Assembly (NCBI GenBank): GCA_964019335.1
Contig: OZ025660.1
Coordinates: forward strand, 186,001 to 250,000
Source: Diplonema japonicum
Lineage: Eukaryota; Protista; Euglenozoa: Diplonemea
Direction: 5' to 3'
Length of the DNA: 64,000 nucleotides
Both the position numbers and the translations under genes were made by a program. Shown in pieces: positions 57,623 through 64,000 of the stretch (position 1 is its first letter; the number at the start of each line of letters is the position of its first letter). Under the pieces are notes generated by a model. That model was given only the letters and a program-made list of their open reading frames with translations. It was not told the DNA's origin and did not search any database.

Positions 57623-58144
57623 CTTATTTTTTTTTTTGCGGTTTTTTTTTTTTTTTTTCCTTTTCCTTCTTTTTTTTCCCCCCCCGAGAATCAAGAAAAA
57701 AAAAAGAAGAAAAAAAGCGGGTGGCTACGGTTTTTTAAAAACTCCCCCCCCCTTTTTTTTCATTCTTCTTTTTTTTTTCAATGTTTCAAATACACGGGGG
57801 CATGTTAAAGAGAAAGGAGACGAGTGGTGCGCAGGTTTTCTTCATCAGTGGAGCATCGGAGCAAGGTGGCTCAGAGGTCTTTTCTTTTTCTTTTTTAAAC
57901 TTTTTCTTCTCGTTTTCTTTTTTTTTTCTCTCCTCCTTTTTTGTTTCGGCTTTCGCCCCCCCCCCCCCCATTTCTTTTTTTTCTTTTTGAACTATGGTGG
58001 TCCAAAAAAATAAAAAATAAAAAAACAGAAATGGATTGAAACAAAAAACAGGGGTGGGGGGGGGGGGGGGGAATTAAGCAAAAAAAAGGGGGGGACTGGC
58101 CGTTGGTTGTACGTGCCGGGTAGAATAAATAATAATCACCCCTA

Positions 58145-58499
58145 CTAAGACCCGCTGGTGTCAAAATACAATAATCGCCGCAGCTGGTAATACTCAACAA
58201 AGAAGCCGAGTATTGGCACCCTTTTTTGTGTGTTTTTTTTTTTTTTTTTTTTTTTTTAAATCTTTAATAACCCCCTCTCCACACCTTTGTAAAACGCTTG
58301 TGAGCGGCGCAATTCTATCTTGCACATAATCAATATATACAGGGTCTCGAAGCTGTTTCAGAATTCATTAAAAAAAAAACCCCCCCCAACATTACCAGAT
58401 AATCTCTAAACCTGCTCAACTGCCTGCTGATTTTTCGCGAAGTGATGGTTTCATTCGACGGTCCCTGAGAATTTATAAGAATAAAAAACCCTCCCTCCT

Positions 58500-58540
<41 letters not shown>

Positions 58541-59371
58541 AATGCGATACCAAGTCACCGCTCCGTCCAGGTCTGTTCATTTGATTGGATTGAAGCTTAC
58601 CCTTGATGAAGGTGATGGCAAAAATAATAATTTCGAGGGAGAAAGAGATGCCCAGGGCCCTCCAAGGCCGAGCCCTGTTGTGATCACGGAGTAGCAGAGA
58701 GGAGTACAACAGCGGGCGCAGGATGCCGGCAGTATCTGCAACAGGTTGCAGGACATCGAAAATGGTAAGGACAGGTGGAAGAGCTGCACGGGGCTCAGTC
58801 ACCCACGGTACCCGAAGCCCCGATCGCCGCCCCTTCGGGACGGAGCGGCCGTAAGCCTTTAATGTGTGATAAAACTGTTGAAGGTGGCTGTTGGCTTTCA
58901 ACAGTAAAATTGCCTTCACCATCTCCAAGGCCACGATTACTTGCAGAACCTTCTTAGGGGTCTCCCAAGGCCAATGCACTCCCCCTGCAAGCTTCATTCT
59001 GTGAGGGTTTTCTTCTCTTTTTTTTTTTGTTGAAACACACCTCAGGAACATCTCGACAGCCTTCTGAGTAATGCGTAACACCTTAACGGCCGCCAAGGTG
59101 TAGTTGATTGGTTTTTGGTTTTGATGTTTTTGCCTTTTTTTTTTTTTTGTACAAAGGTTCTTTTTTTTTTTTTTTTTCTTCTGGCATACTTTATTAAGCT
59201 GTTAACATATTCCACCAAGCCAACTACGCTCGTGAGTACTTCGTTCTTCCACAGATATTCCATGATATTCCCGCTTCCCAGGGCCAGCTGCCCTACGGTG
59301 GCTACCGTTTGCACTTTTTGATCGCCTCCTTTGAGGACCCAGTCCTCGTAGCCAGCCCATAGCTCGTTCAT
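58145..59371 (-). CDS. PEX16: Peroxin 16; 6 exons (introns 59134-59189, 58999-59040, 58465-58550, 58353-58395, 58221-58284)
   Basis: The spliced product recovers PEX16 motifs YEDWV, LEMVKAILLL, ILRPLLY..PW, DYLLRDPVY, VPILG..YFDTSGS*. Confidence 0.82.
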
Positions 59372-59658
59372 CCTCTCCTCCTCCCTCCTCCACCTTCCTG
59401 ACGTGAAGAATTGTCACAAAGAAACCAAACCAAGAGAAAATAACGGACTTTTCAAAAAAAAAAATATAAAGAGTAGTTTTGGCGCTCCATTAGTATGTGC
59501 GCACGACTACATAAGGAAGAAAAAAAAAGGGGGGGGAATAGAAAAAAAAAAACAGCACTACAGAAAAAAAAAGAAAAATGATTGTTTTCTTTCTTTTTTT
59601 TATTTTCGTCGAGGGGAAGAAAAAGTGAGGCCGCTCTCCTTCCTCTTCCCTTCAAAAC

Positions 59659-59717
<59 letters not shown>

Positions 59718-59722
<5 letters not shown>

Positions 59723-60383
59723 GCTCGGCCTTTCTCTTGAGAATGAGGTCTTTGAAGTACTGGTGCCAGGTGGTGTCGTTAGTCAGCTCAGGGTGGAAAG
59801 AGACGGCGAGAATGTTATCCTGCTGCACGCCCACGATGACCTCCTCATTGTCTTCAGGGCGGCTCGCAGCGGCGTTGGGGTCGCAGTAATCCTTGAAGGA
59901 GTGGGTGAGGGTTGCAATAACAGTTACATTGGGCTTGGCCTCATGGACAAGGGGGGCACGGATGAAGATTTCATTGCCCTTGGGCTTGATGTCGATTCCC
60001 TCAGGGATGTTCACTTTGTGCTCGAACGAATTAATTTGTCTGCCAAAGCCATTGCGGTTGACTACGGTGTGTAGCCCGCCGAACAATGCCTGCCCACCCT
60101 TCCTCTGCTCGGTCACTTCGTCAGATAGAACAATCATGCCCGCGCAGGTCCCGAAAACAGGCTTCTTCTCCTTATGAATGAAATCCCTAATCGGCTCGAT
60201 CACACCATTGTCGTGAGCAATCAGCCCGATCGCTGTGCTCTCACCACCCGGCAAGACCAGCCCATCCAACCCCTCCAGCTGCTCTTTTTTCCTCACATCA
60301 ACAGCTTCACACCCGACACTCTTCACCATCTCCATGTGCTCATGAAACCCACCCTGGATACCCAGCACTCCTATCCTCAACAT
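59718..60383 (-). CDS. PDX2: Pyridoxal 5'-phosphate synthase glutaminase subunit
   Basis: GVLGIQG, PGGEST, FGTCAG, RNGFGRQ..SF, FIRAP, FHPELT. Confidence 0.97.
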
Positions 60384-60451
60384 TTTTTCCTTCTCTTTTG
60401 ATCAATTCACTTTTTTTTTTTTTTTTTTTTCTTGAAGGTTTTTGCAAATGG

Positions 60452-60482
<31 letters not shown>

Positions 60483-60980
60483 AAGGAGAAAACTCTAGAA
60501 TTACATTTTTTTGAGAAGCGGGGGGGGAGCAAGAACATCGTAAAAAAAAAAAAAAGAAACGAAAAGAAAAACTATCCTTCTGCTTTCAACCATGAACTGA
60601 TCTGTCTGGTGGCAAATGGCTCACGTTGGTTGCCTCTATTAATCGAAGGGGGGGGGGGGGGGGGAAAGGATTGACCCTTCTATACTTACACATGTTTAGA
60701 TTCATTCTAGCTTCTTTCCTCTTTCTTTTTCTTGGACAAAGGACGAAGAAGGAAACCAATTTAGAACACACCGATATTCGCCCAAACCTTCAATCCTTCT
60801 TTTCTTTTTTCTCGAATTTCTTTTTGACTCAATCTAGTCTGAGTCAATACTTCGTCTTTGGTGGCTCGCTGCAGCTACTTCACACGGGAGAGGGTGGGGG
60901 AAACTGGGAACTAAAAAAAAAAGGGGGAAAAAAAAAACCAAGAAACGAATTCATGGCACATGACACATCTTACCACGGAA

Positions 60981-63978
60981 CTACTTTTTCCTTCGACGGT
61001 CGGAAGTGCTAGAAGACTCTGTGCTGGAACTGGACTCTGTAGAGCTGCTGAAGCTTGAGTTCGAGGCTGTGGACGAAGAGGCTGAAGAGGAGCGTGAGGA
61101 AGACGTCGAGGAAGAGGAAGAAGATGAGGAGGAGGTGGTGGTGGTAGCGGTGTCCTTTGCAGACTTCTTTGCAGGAGCTGCCTTTGCTGCCGGCTTAGCC
61201 TTCTTCGTGGGAGCAGCCGCAGCAGAAGCGCTTTTCTTTGACGGCGCCGCCGCAGCAGGTGCAGGCGATGCTTTAGAGGGCGCAGCTTTGGAGCCGCCAG
61301 CTGCAGACGAAGCTGGCGCTGATGCAGCCTGTTTCTTCACAGGAACAGGCGCTGCTGCTGCGGGTGCAGGAGCTGCTTTCTTAACAACCTTCGCAGGTGC
61401 TGCCGCTTCTGTCCTCGACGGCTTTGCCTTTTGCGGTGCAGGCGCTGCTGCTTTAGGGGGCGCACTCTTCTTCACTGGCGTAGCCGCTGCTGCCAAAGGC
61501 GACGACACCATCGGTGCGGCAGGCGGCGCAGCAGCCTTGCTCGCGGCCATCCTACTCGCAGCAGGGGCAGGGGCTGCCGACCTTGCCGGTGCAGCTTCTT
61601 TCTCGCTGTTTTTGCTTCCCACAATGCTCTGCTTCACCCACTTCGCTGGTGTCCTTGGCTTTGGCGCAGCATGTCTCTTCGTCCAGTTGAAGACGTACTC
61701 CCCTGCATCCCACGCCACGGGCCGCACCATCACAGTCGCACCATCAGACACCTGCACCTCCGCCTGCACCCAGTCCTTCGTCTCGTCATCACGTACGTCG
61801 ACCTTCTCACCAACCGTGAACTGTGTACAGGTGATGGGTTGGTGTCTCTAGCATACCTGTGCCTTCACAAGGCCCTCCTTGTCGCTTTTGTGGATCGGGT
61901 GTGTTGGAAGAACAGCACCTTCTGGCATCGGGAAGCCGCCTGTTGCTATGCCTGCAGCTTTGGCCATCTCTTCGATGCTGCGCAGGAGGTCCCTCGAAGG
62001 GTCATCCAGGCGCACCCTTCTGCGGAAGCCGCCTGTGGGGTCTTTAAGAAGACCCTTCTCGAAGTAGAGCTCTTCAATCGTGTCCGCGATCTGTGGTAGT
62101 GTGGTGTGGTGTGGTGTGGTGAAAACAACATACTTCGTTAGCCGAACCGAGGTGCTGGCACCACTGTAGCTTCCCCTCTTTGAGGCGCAAAGTGAACTCC
62201 TCGTATTTGTTGTCGCGATATCCGTTAAAGACCTGCATCTGAGGGGGCGTGAAGAGGAGCATCTTGGTGTCACGGTCCGTTGTGTTGGGCTTGATCAGCC
62301 ATTCGGTTACCTGGTGTGGCCCCCTGCTGCCGTGTGTCTCGACTGAGTGGATGAAGCCCGTCTCCATGACAAAGTCATCGCGAGAGTCCGTGACACACCA
62401 GCACCCGTTGCTGCCGCTGGTGGCATACAGCCACCTGTTGCTGTACTGGTGCGCGTACATCGGCTTCCCATTGGTCATCCCGTCCTTCTTATACTTCCCA
62501 GCAAGCGACATAAGCAGCTCGTTTTTCGTCGTCAACTTCACCACATCGGGGTGCTCGGGCACCTTCTCCTTCTCTCTCTGCTTCTCGCGCTCTTTCTCTT
62601 TCTCTACTGCCTTTTCTCGTTCTTTTTCTTTCTCTTTTTCTTTAGATTTGTCACTCGCACCATCAGTTACTTTGAGGACTTCCACACACCCCCATGTGTA
62701 CGCCTTGGCGTACCCATTCGCTTGCACCAAGGGTTTCCCATCGCTGCCTACTTCTTTCACAGTTCCCTCCTTCCACTCTTCGGAGTCGTTATCTCGCACT
62801 CGCACAGCCATTCCCTCACGGTAGGCCGCCTTGGGGCCAGCTGAGGACTCAGTCACGATGATGGTTACTTCTTCGCCGTTTCTCACCCACTTGCTGAAGG
62901 CCGACGGGTGCCTCTTGTTGTGCTGCTCAGCTGTGAAAATGTACCCATTGTCCTCTTTAAAGTCCTGCGTGTCGTCTGTGATCACCCAATACCCGCTCTT
63001 AGACGAGTACAAGTGCGCAGGCGGCGTTGCATCGGACATGTAGTATGGCTGATTATTCACCATTGTGCTCATGAGCGTGTACACCCCTGTCCCCATGTCC
63101 AGCCCTATGCCCCTTGTGTCGATGGTGAGATGCTGCGGGCACCACTTCATGACCCTGAGGCCCTTCTCATCCGTGGGGGGTGTGCCGTGTAGCTGCCACA
63201 TCTCAACACGGTCCGGTGCTCCACTGTAGCTTCCCTTCGAGTAGAACCACCCCTTCCCTGTTGGGAAATCATCCTTGTCGTCGGTCACCACCCAACATTC
63301 GTTGCCGGAGCTGTGGTACAGCCAAGCATTCTTATCAATGTTTTTCCACAGGGGATGTGCACCGTACTTGGATGTGGATTTGAAGGTGCCCTGCAGGGAA
63401 GTAATCTCTTTGGGGAGACCTGCGGCACAAGTGATGAACAGGTCGTAAGGTTCGACGGATGCTTTTGTTTCCGTCTTTGGCTCATATGTGGCAGGTGCTG
63501 CGGCGGCTACCTCTTCAACAGCAGGTGCGGCAGCAATTGGCGCGGAAGCAGTTACAGGTGCAGGTGCGGCCACAGGAGCGGGAACGGCAACCGGCTTCAG
63601 TTTCGGCTTTGCACCAACGGTCCCCACCTCACGGATGTCAACGGCAAGTGCATCGTAGATCCATTTCCCCTTCACAAGAACTTCAGCCACAGCACCGTTG
63701 TTGCCTGGGACTTTCTTCACTTCACCATAGTCGCCAGGTTCTATAACCTCACCGTTCGCAAGGTTTATCCTCTTGTTGAAGCCTACCATGTCGCCGATTT
63801 TAAATGCCTTCCGCACCCCTCGGTAGTACCGTGCTGGTGCGCTGAATCGCAGCTCGCCAGCACCGAATACAGGCTGCCCGTCCTCCAAGCCCTGCACGGT
63901 GCCCATCTCGCCGACGCTCACGAACCCATTCCCCACCCGCACAGGGCGTGTAAACATGACAACATCACCTTTTTGCAG
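60981..63978 (-). CDS. Large multidomain protein, 5' end outside the window; introns 62091-62133 and 61821-61856, acceptor at 63979
   Basis: GTATG..CACAG introns join three ORFs in frame. Contains SH3-like barrels, three G.Y..NG.P..LY.S..W.VTD..DF repeats, two Tudor/Agenet-like VRD..W modules and an A/P/K- and Ser-rich tail. Confidence 0.85.
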
Positions 63979-64000
63979 CTGTTGTGTGAAAGTTATGTGG

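Larger units (their letters stand above)
3628..64000 (-). other. Unidirectional gene array (probable polycistronic transcription unit)
   Basis: Every recognisable gene is on the minus strand; no credible plus-strand gene was found. Confidence 0.85.

Noticed and set aside
3628-63978. Alternative genetic code or non-canonical (non GT-AG) introns
   Set aside because: Conserved genes read through in the standard code, TAA, TAG and TGA all terminate genes, and every frame break examined was resolved by GT-AG introns.
13118-63980. Hypothesis that all introns are phase 0
   Set aside because: PEX16 requires three phase-2 introns, and the cryptic gene suggests phase 1.
1-64000. CRISPR arrays, tRNA, rRNA, telomeric arrays
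   Set aside because: No regularly spaced repeat-spacer array, cloverleaf or rRNA-like block was seen by eye; the CCCTAAA pair near 45768 is too short.

Overview
Eukaryotic nuclear DNA, most likely from a euglenozoan protist of the diplonemid type (inference; no database search was possible). All ~23 supportable protein genes lie on the minus strand, as expected for a polycistronic transcription unit. They are interrupted by very short GT-AG introns (about 30-86 nt, donors mostly GTAT..), whose acceptors often follow poly(A) or CAC repeats rather than a pyrimidine tract. Spacers are dominated by long A/T and G/C homopolymers. Recognisable genes: PDX2, a 6-exon PEX16, LYS1-type saccharopine dehydrogenase with a ~55-aa insertion, katanin p80, a RUS1/DUF647 protein, a membrane class-III cyclase-like protein, a gelsolin-repeat protein, a histidine phosphatase, a thioredoxin-like protein, a TSNAXIP1-like protein, a kinase with tyrosine-kinase motifs, a sugar/inositol MFS transporter, VPS37, a MIF4G-(HQ)n-CAP-Gly fusion, a WD40/coiled-coil/Lys-rich/PDZ protein, a CCCH-SAM-like-cytidine-deaminase protein, an mL50-like protein and two small paralogous zinc-finger genes. 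The non-coding DNA holds two copies of an element with asymmetric inverted repeats plus a terminal hairpin (Helentron/HINE-like layout), several short co-oriented repeat families resembling retroposon 3' ends, and a probable cryptic micro-exon gene. No rRNA, tRNA or CRISPR features were seen. Gene models were spliced by eye and need RNA-seq confirmation.
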